10,527 nt of DNA from Megasphaera cerevisiae DSM 20462 (GCF_001045675.1 NZ_LEKT01000071.1:1-10527), one strand, 5' to 3'. Counted from the stretch's first letter, positions 1 to 8,057 are shown. Notes: a model not told the origin generated them from the letters alone. Program-made: numbers and translations.

Positions 1-155
1 AGATGATTTTCCATTTCACCATTCAGCATGGCCTCAAACATAGGCCCGAAAACATCTTTAAGAGCGTTTTGCATATCTTCCACGGTCTTTGGCTTATATT
101 CACTGATAATGGCTTTAGCAAGGGATTCACCCCGTGTGGGCTGTTTCTTTGACAT
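1..155 (-). CDS. IS256-family (Mutator-type) transposase, N-terminal fragment; the CDS continues beyond the left window edge
   Basis: The minus strand from the ATG at 155 translates to MSKKQPTRGESLAKAIISEYKPKTVEDMQNALKDVFGPMFEAMLNGEMENHL. The block EDMQNALKDVFGPMFEAMLxGEMxxHLGY is the characteristic N-terminus of many Firmicute IS256-family transposases. An RBS GGAGGTAAT (reverse complement of 162..170) lies 6 nt upstream of the ATG. Confidence 0.85.
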   Translation of the reverse strand, partial: MSKKQPTRGESLAKAIISEYKPKTVEDMQNALKDVFGPMFEAMLNGEMENH

Positions 156-250
156 AAAATTATTACCTCCGCATGTGTTTGACATCCCCGAGGGGGAGTA
201 TCGTTTAATCTGTTGCTGACTTACTTACACAGTTTATTATACACTCCCCT
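1..250 (-). mobile_element. IS256-family insertion sequence, left copy. Only its 5' part is in the window: terminal inverted repeat, leader and transposase start.
   Basis: The transposase N-terminus is encoded on the minus strand from 155. The reverse complement of 223..250 (AGGGGAGTGTATAATAAACTGTGTAAGT) matches plus 10279..10306 (AAGGGTTTGTCAAGTTAAGTGTGTAAGT) at 20/28 positions, including a perfect 9-mer TGTGTAAGT. That is the geometry expected for the two terminal inverted repeats of the same IS type. The outer boundary is uncertain by about +/-5 nt. Confidence 0.75.
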
Positions 251-618
251 GGATTCCAACAGTTGTTTAGAATATAGGATTTAAACGTATCTGATAAAGG
301 CGTAATATTCTTTCTAAAATCAGTTGTCACCTTTTCAAACGCTTTCTTCCATACCGCATCTGGCGGCGAAAAAGAATTGATATCTGACGGATCAACCTGA
401 TCAAGAGGGACATATTCTCCTTCTTGGTATCCACCTATAGGTCCCATCGCTCCCGTATAAGACCCATACTGTATTACTTCTTTTTTCCACAGAGCTCTAT
501 GTATAACACCATGTTCATCTACAAATATACTAGGTATCACCCTGTCAAGGTTATGTAATGTCCCGGTATATAGTCGTTTTTCTATTTCTTTATCATTCAA
601 AAAATCCTCCGGTTTCAT
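205..618 (-). CDS. Hypothetical protein (137 aa as read). The last ~14 codons and the stop codon lie inside the predicted IS terminal repeat, so the gene is probably 3'-truncated or fused by the IS insertion.
   Basis: This is an ORF from the supplied track. I recognised no family and saw no signal peptide. There is no good Shine-Dalgarno close to the ATG; the nearest GGAGG is more than 20 nt upstream. It is in the same reading frame as the upstream receptor segment, separated by one TAA (667..669) and 16 sense codons. Confidence 0.45.
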   Translation of the reverse strand: MKPEDFLNDKEIEKRLYTGTLHNLDRVIPSIFVDEHGVIHRALWKKEVIQYGSYTGAMGPIGGYQEGEYVPLDQVDPSDINSFSPPDAVWKKAFEKVTTDFRKNITPLSDTFKSYILNNCWNPGECIINCVSKSATD

Positions 619-669
619 ATATTGAAGACTGAGATGTATCCCCTCCGCAGTTTCATTGCTAAGATATTA

Positions 670-1608
670 ACCGAATACATTACCATTACGGTCCGTAATT
701 GTCGTCTTCACCAAAACAGGCATTATTGCTTCAATACCAATATACAAACTCTTTTGAAATCCATCACTTGCCGCATCATCACTTTCTGCAATAAGTTTAT
801 TAATCAATTCAGTATATCCTTCAGGATTCTTTTCCTTGATCACCGCTAAATAATCCTGAAAAATTTTTTTCTCTTCCTGCCAATTTGCGGCCTTCTGCAG
901 CTTCTGCTGCATCGTTTCATAGTCAGGGTTATCGCTGCCCATATTTCCTAACCATTCCGCTTTCGTAGGTCCCCTGAAAAAGACCTGCCGCGTCGCATGC
1001 GTATAGGCACTGTCACTGACACCCGTACTCTGACTGAAATCACCGTAGCCGACTCGGACCTGATTTTTCCCGCTGGTCCAGACGGCGCGGCCGCCGTCAT
1101 ATTCCTTGCCAAACCAATAGCCCGTCACCCCCATCGATTCCGTCAAGCGGCCGATGGAGAAGTCCCATTTATTTGCATGCTGGGTCACATCGACCGTATC
1201 CATGTGCTGATGGTTCAATCCTTTTGAATCACTCACGTCATGCATGGTGTCCACACCGGTCATGCCGGACACACTTCCCAAGAGGGTTACATTCGTGTTG
1301 TCGCCGATCCGGGCGTCGATGCCGGCACAAAAGCGTTGTTCAAAGCCATGGTCTGCCTTTTCCAAATAATTTTTATAGGCCGTACCCACGTTTGCAACGG
1401 TTGTAACCCGAGCTTCCGACGGCTTTACTTTCCCCGTGAAGGAATTCCACCGGGCCCGGTAATCGCCGATGAATTCGACGCCTTCTTCTTTTTCCGTGTC
1501 AAAAGGTACCTGGATAGACCAGTCGTCGTCACGGAGCTTGGCACGAACGACTTCCTTGGCCTTGGCTACGGTCTTCGAGGCCGGTCCGTCGTCGTGTCCG
1601 TCTGAGCC
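670..1608 (-). other. C-terminal extension of ~313 aa, in frame after the canonical last beta-strand of the TonB-dependent receptor
   Basis: The canonical barrel end ...ERVYKFGVNMKF has its terminal Phe codon at 1609..1611. It is followed without a stop by GSDGHDDGPASKTVAKAKEVV...TDRNGNVFG* (stop at 667..669). I did not recognise the domain. Confidence 0.5.
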
Positions 1609-4121
1609 GAATTTCATATTCACGCCGAATTTATAGACCCGTTCCTGGAAGGCCTGATCATCGTCATGATGGTTAAAAAGATTGTCGATGCCGAAGTATA
1701 CCATAGAGTCTTTGTCGATATTTTTTTTGGAATAAGATATTCCACAGGCCAAAGGTCTTTTTCTGATAGCCCCATTTCCCTTTCTCGGAAAATCCGTATT
1801 GGATATTTCCGTCTTTATCGTAGGTCAAATAGTTACCATTGTTAGTAACACTGTTACTGTCCAGCATATGAATATAATAATCTCCCCACAGAGACGCGTT
1901 ATTTTCGTAGGTCACGCCGATATCGACCTTATGCTGGGGCTTATCGAGAAGCTGCTTTGGCATATCGGGATCGCTTTTATTTATAGCATGGAGATAGGTG
2001 TAGCCCAATTTCCCCGACCAGTGCTCATCAAACTGCTGGGTCACTTCCGCTTCCAGTCCGGTGATTTCCGCCTTGCCGATATTTCTGAAACTGTATATCA
2101 TATCGGGCGGTGTAAGCCATTTCATTTTTTTATCCCAGTCCGTTTCCGGCGGATTAAAATCTAATACTTCGCCAGTAAAGTACGTACTCATATAATCTTT
2201 AATGCGGTTATGAAATATATTGATCCGCGCTGACGTTTTTCCATTTTCGCCTTCAATGCCGATATCAAAATTCACGGATTTTTCCGGTTTTAAATCAGGA
2301 TTGCCGATCCAATAATATCCCAGTCGCCCTTCTCCCATTCCACTCGGCATACCGGCATACATTTCCCAACTGTAATAAAGTTCTCCCATGCCCGGTTCTG
2401 TATAGCCCGTTCCCACATTCGCCTTGAAGCGGCGATTTGCTTTGCCGCCGATATTGTGTGTCAGCCCCATATTAAAGGTCGCATTCGTACCAAATAAATC
2501 ACTGGGGTCCACACGAAAGATAGGCGAAACGATCGTGTTCTGGTTCATCTGCCACGTATCCTGAACAAAGAAATTTTGTTTTTTTATAGCTACTTGTCCA
2601 ATACTCTGTCGATTTTGACAAGTGATATAGTCTTCTTGAAATAATTTTCCGTTGTAGGCCGCTGTTCTCGAATTATAATAATGCGATACGGCCATTCTGA
2701 GACTGTGTGTTGGATCTTGATCATGGAGCTGTTTGGCGAATTCCCTCCACTTTTTCTTTACTTCAGCCAGTGCATTGGTAGCATAAGCTCCGTATGCAAG
2801 ATAATCTCCATAGGTATAGGTGGAACATCCTCTTTTCGCGTTACACCGTACCATTCATAATTTTGATCGTAATATGGCACATGATTTTCATCATATGCGA
2901 TTCGATAATCATGTATCGTAGAAAAAGGAGCTCCTTTACCACCCTCCGTATACAGGTTTTTATCATAATCCCAGGGGTCAATATATCGCGTATGTATATT
3001 GGATTTTGGTGCGTTTTTTAAGCGATTTTCCTTACCTGTTTCCTTCGTATATCCAAACCCATAGGTCAGTAAGTGGGCGTCGTTAATCTGTGTGTTAGCA
3101 CTGGCTTTAACATTCCATTGTTTATGCATAATGTCATCAAGATAATTTAAATAATTTTTACCTTCATACTGAGAATTGCCATAATATGATGTCATGGTAA
3201 TATCATCTTCTACCAGTTTTGCATAATCGACGTCAACCTTCCAGTCCGTAGAGCCGCCGTTATTGCCCGTATAAGACAACCGATACGTATTGCGGTCTAC
3301 CTTCTCGTTTGAAATGCTGCTGTGGTTCAGAAACGCTGCTGGAGTGCTTCACGTACCGTTCCATATCTTCTTTCGTCTTATCCATATTGAAATCGATTGT
3401 ATTGCGGTCATCAATATCGTAAGTCGCAGACATGCCGATGTTTTTGATATCGCCATAGTACCGCAGGGAATTTCGCACATTTCCCGTTTCATTGACCGCA
3501 TCGGTAATAGCCGATCCCGTATTATGGTCGCCGCCAAACCGTTCCAGGCTATAGATCGGCATGGTTTTCCGCTTACTGCCATAGACCGCAGCACGGACTT
3601 TACCGATCTGGCCGGAATCCGCCCGCAGGAAGAAATTCTGGTACGGGAAGATATCGCCGTCCTGTTTGACCCGTCTGCCTTCGACATTCACCTGCATACC
3701 TGCCGTCTTGGCGGCTTTCTTGGTAATGACGTTGATGACGCCGCCAATGGCATCAGAGCCGTATTTAGCCGACGCGGCTCCCTGGATGATTTCGATATGA
3801 TCTACATTTTCCGTTCCTAAACGCTGCAGCTCATCTCCTGCGCCGCTGTACTTGGCAAAGTCCCCCATGACGGGCTGACCGTCTATCAATATCAGGGTAT
3901 GCCGCGGTTCTGCCCCGCGGATAGACACGGTTACCCGGCCCATAGCATCCACTGTCCGGGAGACGCCGGTCTCGCTGAATATGATATCTTCTACGGATTT
4001 CGCCTGCTTCTTGGCAATGTCTGCCGCCGTGATGATCGTCGTCTGCTGGCTTTCCAGCTTGGCTTCCTCTTTAGCCTTGTCCGCCTCCACGACGACATCC
4101 CGTGTTATTACCCAATGATTG

Positions 4122-4131
4122 CCCCCCCCCC
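4122..4131 (-). repeat. Homopolymeric tract, C10 on plus and G10 on the coding strand, inside the receptor gene between the signal peptide and the TonB box
   Basis: Counted directly: g4121, ten c at 4122..4131, then a4132. With G10 the signal-peptide frame reads GTG GGG GGG GGG CAA... and stops about 17 codons later. With G9 it would read ...GGG GGG GGC AAT CAT TGG GTA ATA ACA CGG GAT GTC GTC GTG GAG..., which joins the plug-domain frame. Confidence 0.95.
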
Positions 4132-4270
4132 ACTGGACTTTCCGCTGCCATGACAGGAGCCGTCATCCACAGCAGAAGCGCACAAGACAGACCGGCATAC
4201 CATGCCTGCCGCTGTTTTTTCGATACCTTGTGTTTCATAGAGTTTCCTCATTTCTGTTTGCTATCTATTT

Positions 4271-4285
4271 TGATATTAAAAATCA
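4271..4285 (-). promoter_or_regulatory. Candidate Fur-box-like 7-1-7 inverted repeat between the -10 element and the RBS of the receptor gene
   Basis: The minus strand reads TGATTTT-T-AATATCA. The Bacillus-type Fur 7-1-7 consensus is TGATAAT-n-ATTATCA, so 11/14 half-site positions match. It sits just downstream of the predicted -10, which is a typical repressor position. Confidence 0.3.
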
Positions 4286-4298
4286 ATTTATACTTGCC

Positions 4299-4327
4299 AT
4301 TATAGCAAACAGAAAAATCTCTTTCTA
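4299..4327 (-). promoter_or_regulatory. Candidate sigma70-type promoter of the receptor gene with an extended -10
   Basis: The minus strand reads TAGAAA (4327..4322), a 17-nt spacer ending in TGc, then TATAAT (4304..4299). The extended -10 is therefore TGcTATAAT. The -35 is weak. Confidence 0.4.
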
Positions 4328-4359
4328 CTCCATTCGGACGCAAAATGCTCCATTCCGAC
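4328..4359 (-). repeat. Tandem 12-nt direct repeat with 20-nt periodicity, abutting the -35 of the receptor promoter
   Basis: Plus ctccattcggac (4328..4339) and ctccattccgac (4348..4359) match at 11/12. On the minus strand they read GTCGGAATGGAG and GTCCGAATGGAG. The spacing is two helical turns, as for response-regulator or activator sites. Confidence 0.5.
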
Positions 4360-4415
4360 ATTTATTTTTATATCTATCACAAAATGATTTATTCCATTGC
4401 CACTGTGCAACGTGC

Positions 4416-4454
4416 AAAAAAAAGCAGCGGGATGAAATATATCATCCCTGCTGC
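4416..4454 (-). terminator. Rho-independent terminator downstream of glyS
   Basis: The minus strand reads GCAGCAGGGATGA-tatatt-TCATCCCGCTGC (one bulged base) followed by T8 (the A-run 4416..4423 on plus). It lies about 45 nt after the glyS stop at 4500..4502. Confidence 0.8.
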
Positions 4455-4499
4455 TTCTCATGTTATATGTAATGCTGGTTCAATCCGGATCCGTACTGA

Positions 4500-6548
4500 T
4501 CAGGATAATTTTTTGATATTACCGAGCGGACTGATAAGGCTGAATACAAGAGTAAGCAAGTGAATGCGATTGTCCCTGACAGCTTCATCATCATGCATAA
4601 CCAGAACGTGATCCAGAAAATCATTGATCGCCGCAATCCCCTCTGACAATACCGCGGCTACGCCCTTGTAATCGTAGACGGCATATTTTTCCGGTACATT
4701 GACCTGCATAGCCTGGCAAGCGCTGTATAAAGCTCGTTCTTCCTCCGTTTCAAATAGTTCCGGATCGACGATAGTATTTTCAGCATCCTTGATCATGTTA
4801 CCTACCCGCGTAAAGGCCTGGAGCAATTCTGTCTGTCCCATCATATCCGCATCCGCCAGAGCCTGCGCGCGTTTAGCCGCTTCAGCAGCGTTGAGCGTAT
4901 CTGCGCTCAGCACGCAGTCAATGATATGATAGTCCACTCCTTTATCCTGGAAAATATTTTTCAGGCGCAGCGTAAAATATTCATGAAGCTGGCAGATAAC
5001 GGTATCCCGTGCTTCTCCTTCTACATGGAGAAGGCCCAGAATATAAGCAAATACTTCACTGCAATTGATATTCCAACCGGCTTCCATGAGAATATTTAGC
5101 ACGCCTATCGTCTGACGTCGCAGCGCAAAGGGATCCTGTGAGCCCGTAGGACTAAATCCGCGGCTGAACATCCCTGTAATCGTATCAAATTTATCTGCCA
5201 GACCCAAAAGCTTGCCGATATCCGTCTGCGGCAGATCATCACCGGCAAAGCGCGGCTGATATTGCTCGGTCAGCGCTTCGGCTACTTCCGGGGCTTCTCC
5301 GTCGAGAAGTGCGTATTCCTTCCCCATGACCCCCTGCAGTTCTGTAAATTCCATGACCATCTGTGTGGCAAGATCGGCCTTGGCCAGCAGGGACGCCCGT
5401 TTCAGCGCTTCTTCCTGTAGCCCCAGATCGAGCTTGTGGTTGAGAAATACCGTGATGTCCGCCAGGCGCTGCGCCTTGTCATAGAGCGTTCCCAAACCGT
5501 CTTGGAATACGATTTTCTTCAATTTTTCCACCCGGTCGGCCAGCTTCTGCTTCTTATCTTCCTCAAAGAAAAATTTTGCATCATCAAGACGGGCCCGTAA
5601 GACGCGTTCGTTGCCATGCTGCACCGTTTCCAAATGGTAGTCATCGCCGTTACGTACAGTGAGAAACAAGTTCATGAGCTTGCCGTCTGCGTCACGCATT
5701 GGGAAATACCGCTGATGATCCTTCATAGGCGTAATAATAGCCGCTTCGGGAAGCTGCAGGAACGCCTGATCAAATTCACCGCACAAAGCCGTCGGATATT
5801 CGACGAGGAACACGACTTCTTCCAGCAGATCTTCATCCATAATAATTGTGCCATTTTTTTCTGCCGCCAATTTTTGCAGGCCGTCGAGAATCATCTGCCT
5901 GCGTTCCTCTGGATCGACGATAAGAAAATGTTCCCTGGTCACGGTTTCATAATCCGCCATGGAAGGAATAGTAAAATCACCGGTTCCCAAAAAGCGATGC
6001 CCCCGGCTTACCTTGCCGGAATGAACGCCGGCAATTTCAAAGGGAACGACTTCTGTACCAAATAACGCGACAAGCCACCGCAGGGGACGAACGAAATGGA
6101 CATTCTTATTTCCCCAGCGCATGCTTTTCGGGAAGGTCAGAGATAACACGATGCTTTTGAGGATATCCGGCAGCAGACCTGCCGATGCGCTGCCGATACT
6201 GGTCACGCTGGCATAGACATAGCCGTCCTCCACAGTAAGCTCCTGAACATCGATTTTCTGACCGCGGGCAAAGCCGGCAGCTGCCTTCGTCGGATTGCCA
6301 TCGCCATCATAGGCAATCCGAACCGACGGGCCTTTATGCTTTGCCGAAATGTCTGCCTGCTTTTCCGCCACGCCCTGTACGAGCAGTACTGCCCGGCGCG
6401 GCGTGCCAAGAGAACGGATCGTCCCGTATTCAATATTGGCTTCACCAAGTTTCTTGGCAGCCAATTCCTTCAGCTGACCGAGAATCCCCGGCATATAATG
6501 AGCCGGAATTTCTTCCGTTCCGATTTCCAGTAATATATCTTTGCTCAT
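4500..6548 (-). CDS. glyS: Glycine--tRNA ligase beta subunit
   Basis: The 682-aa ORF begins MSKDILLEIGTEEIPAHYMP..., the typical GlyS N-terminus. The length is typical. It starts immediately after the glyQ stop (TAAATG at 6546..6551), with a GGAGG RBS inside the glyQ 3' end. Confidence 0.97.
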   Translation of the reverse strand: MSKDILLEIGTEEIPAHYMPGILGQLKELAAKKLGEANIEYGTIRSLGTPRRAVLLVQGVAEKQADISAKHKGPSVRIAYDGDGNPTKAAAGFARGQKIDVQELTVEDGYVYASVTSIGSASAGLLPDILKSIVLSLTFPKSMRWGNKNVHFVRPLRWLVALFGTEVVPFEIAGVHSGKVSRGHRFLGTGDFTIPSMADYETVTREHFLIVDPEERRQMILDGLQKLAAEKNGTIIMDEDLLEEVVFLVEYPTALCGEFDQAFLQLPEAAIITPMKDHQRYFPMRDADGKLMNLFLTVRNGDDYHLETVQHGNERVLRARLDDAKFFFEEDKKQKLADRVEKLKKIVFQDGLGTLYDKAQRLADITVFLNHKLDLGLQEEALKRASLLAKADLATQMVMEFTELQGVMGKEYALLDGEAPEVAEALTEQYQPRFAGDDLPQTDIGKLLGLADKFDTITGMFSRGFSPTGSQDPFALRRQTIGVLNILMEAGWNINCSEVFAYILGLLHVEGEARDTVICQLHEYFTLRLKNIFQDKGVDYHIIDCVLSADTLNAAEAAKRAQALADADMMGQTELLQAFTRVGNMIKDAENTIVDPELFETEEERALYSACQAMQVNVPEKYAVYDYKGVAAVLSEGIAAINDFLDHVLVMHDDEAVRDNRIHLLTLVFSLISPLGNIKKLS

Positions 6549-7427
6549 TTAGTTTTCCTCCTTCTTCAGCATAGGGAAGCCCAGCTTTTCACGCTGTTCC
6601 AAATACGCCCTGGCGCAAGACCGCGCCATATTACGAACACGGCCTATAAACGCAGCCCGTTCACTGACGCTGATCGCGCCGCGGGCGTCGAGAAGATTGA
6701 AGGTATGAGAGCATTTCAATACATAATCGTACGCCGGAATGACAAAACCCGCCTTGACGATACGCATCGCTTCCTTTTCATATTGGTCAAACAAACGGAA
6801 CAGCAGTTCGGCATCACTGAGTTCAAATGCATAGGTAGACTGTTCCACTTCATTTTGATGGAAAATATCACCGTATGTAATTTCATCATTCCATTTCAGA
6901 TCATATACATTTTCCACACCTTGAATATACATAGCCAGTCGTTCCATACCATACGTAATTTCAGAGGAAACGGGATCGACGTCGATGCCGCCGACCTGCT
7001 GAAAATAGGTGAACTGCGTTACTTCCATGCCGTCCAGCCAGACTTCCCAGCCCAACCCCCAGGCACCTAGCGTCGGCGATTCCCAGTTGTCCTCTACGAA
7101 CCGTATATCATGTTCTCTGGGATCAATCCCCAGCGTTTCCAAGCTTTTCAGATACAGTTCCTGAATATTGTCGGGAGACGGCTTGCAAATCACCTGAAAT
7201 TGATGGTGCTGATACAGCCGGTTGGGATTGTCTCCATAACGTCCGTCAGCAGGACGGCGCGACGGTTCCACGTAGGCTACATGCCACGGTTCCGGTCCGA
7301 GTGTACGCAGAAACGTAGCCGGATTCATGGTGCCGGCTCCCTTTTCCACATCATATGGTTCATAAATGATGCAGCCTTGGGAGGACCAAAAATTTTTCAA
7401 TGCTGATACCATATCTTGAAAATTCAT
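6549..7427 (-). CDS. glyQ: Glycine--tRNA ligase alpha subunit
   Basis: The 292-aa ORF carries highly conserved GlyQ blocks: [77 protein letters not shown]. An RBS GGAGGG lies 10 nt upstream of the ATG. Confidence 0.97.
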   Translation of the reverse strand: MNFQDMVSALKNFWSSQGCIIYEPYDVEKGAGTMNPATFLRTLGPEPWHVAYVEPSRRPADGRYGDNPNRLYQHHQFQVICKPSPDNIQELYLKSLETLGIDPREHDIRFVEDNWESPTLGAWGLGWEVWLDGMEVTQFTYFQQVGGIDVDPVSSEITYGMERLAMYIQGVENVYDLKWNDEITYGDIFHQNEVEQSTYAFELSDAELLFRLFDQYEKEAMRIVKAGFVIPAYDYVLKCSHTFNLLDARGAISVSERAAFIGRVRNMARSCARAYLEQREKLGFPMLKKEEN

Positions 7428-7450
7428 CTGCTTATTTCCCTCCTAATAAC

Positions 7451-7487
7451 AAAAAAAGCCCCTGTAACATTGTGAAATGTTACAGGG
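7451..7487 (-). terminator. T-box leader terminator (attenuator) upstream of glyQ
   Basis: A perfect 11-bp stem pairs CCCTGTAACAT (7460..7470) with ATGTTACAGGG (7477..7487) around a 6-nt loop. On the minus strand it is followed by GC and T7 (A7 at 7451..7457 on plus). Confidence 0.85.
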
Positions 7488-7680
7488 ACGAGTATACGTG
7501 CTGCCCGCGGTTCCACCCTGATTGGCCCAAAGGCCCACTTGATTTATCTGACCATACACTAACCTGCAGAGGAAATTTCCGGTCACGGCCTTCAGAGTGC
7601 CTTCAGCATATCCATGATAAGCTCTCACTGCCCTTATCTCGCTGCCCTATGCCTACTTCTCTCCTGCATCGCCTTTACTT
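7451..7680 (-). promoter_or_regulatory. T-box riboswitch leader (glycine-specific) controlling glyQS
   Basis: On the minus strand the Stem I base with a GA motif is GCGAUGCAGGAGAG, and the distal region carries AGCGAGA and AGUGAGAGC. The specifier-loop context is CUGAAGGCA, with a GGC (Gly) codon at 7601..7599 followed by the conserved purine. The T-box sequence AAUCAGGGUGGAACCGCGGG is the reverse complement of 7504..7523. Its UGGA bulge (7515..7512) fits a tRNA-Gly acceptor end UCCA. A terminator hairpin follows. Confidence 0.9.
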
Positions 7681-7690
7681 CATGCCAATT

Positions 7691-7719
7691 ATCATAGCAA
7701 AAAAAAAGCTAAAAGTCAA
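7691..7719 (-). promoter_or_regulatory. glyQS promoter
   Basis: The minus strand reads TTGACT (7719..7714), a 17-nt spacer, then TATGAT (7696..7691). It is positioned just upstream of the T-box Stem I. Confidence 0.7.
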
Positions 7720-8057
7720 TTTACATATCTAAAATACGCACTTGCTTCTTCTTTGTACGCTGTCGCATAACATATTCGGCAGGGCAAGCTTACGATCAAC
7801 AGAAAGGAGAAGCATATCAGACCAAAACCGGGTATGCTGGATCTCTATGATCCGCACAGGCCGCCGGCGTAAAGCTGTAAAACCGGCCCTGCTCCTGATG
7901 CGCAGTCATACCTGTCTGCCAAATACAGATAGCTCATCACATGCCCATGCAGACAAACACGCCTGTTCATCATTGATAATACCGATCGCAATATAAGGAA
8001 ACTAGATATGATCTGTCAGCAGGAAGAATCGCAGCTTCAATCATTTGGGAGACATAC

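Larger units (their letters stand above)
667..4238 (-). pseudogene. TonB-dependent outer-membrane receptor, disrupted by four frameshifts. The segments are the signal peptide 4238..~4132 and ORFs 3260..4090, 2758..3279, 1673..2854 and 667..1752.
   Basis: The ATG at 4238 has an RBS GAGGAA 5 nt upstream. It encodes a signal peptide MKHKVSKKQRQAWYAGLSCALLLWMTAPVMA/AE. After the G10 tract, in another frame, come a TonB-box-like VITRDVVVEA and plug-domain motifs (TVSIRGAEPRHTLILIDGQPV, IEIIQGAASAKYGSDAIGGVINVITKK). Barrel segments follow (RLSYTGNNGG..., LGYTYLHA...) and then the terminal-strand motif VYFGIDNLFN...ERVYKFGVNMKF. Consecutive ORFs overlap in different frames, which is the signature of frameshifts and not of separate genes. 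Confidence 0.85.

Noticed and set aside
28-219. 63-aa plus-strand ORF at the left edge
   Set aside because: It lies antisense to the clearly recognisable IS256-family transposase N-terminus (minus strand, ATG at 155) and the IS leader. It has no RBS and is a shadow ORF.
997-4153. Several plus-strand ORFs (997..1227, 1173..1406, 1240..1605, 1799..2164, 2794..3021, 3290..3820, 3899..4153) and the minus-strand ORF 3349..3687
   Set aside because: All lie inside the TonB-dependent receptor gene, either antisense or out of frame. They have low-complexity or Arg/Cys-rich translations and no RBS. They are consistent with chance open frames opposite a real coding strand.
4699-7406. Plus-strand ORFs opposite glyS and glyQ (4699..4929, 5616..6065, 6336..6574, 6705..7070, 7110..7406) and the minus-strand ORF 6203..6448
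   Set aside because: They are antisense or out of frame within two highly conserved, intact aminoacyl-tRNA synthetase genes, and nothing independent supports them.
7400-7732. 110-aa plus-strand ORF and 61-aa minus-strand ORF (7443..7628) over the glyQS leader
   Set aside because: The region is fully explained by the T-box riboswitch, its terminator and its promoter. The ORFs cross the terminator hairpin.
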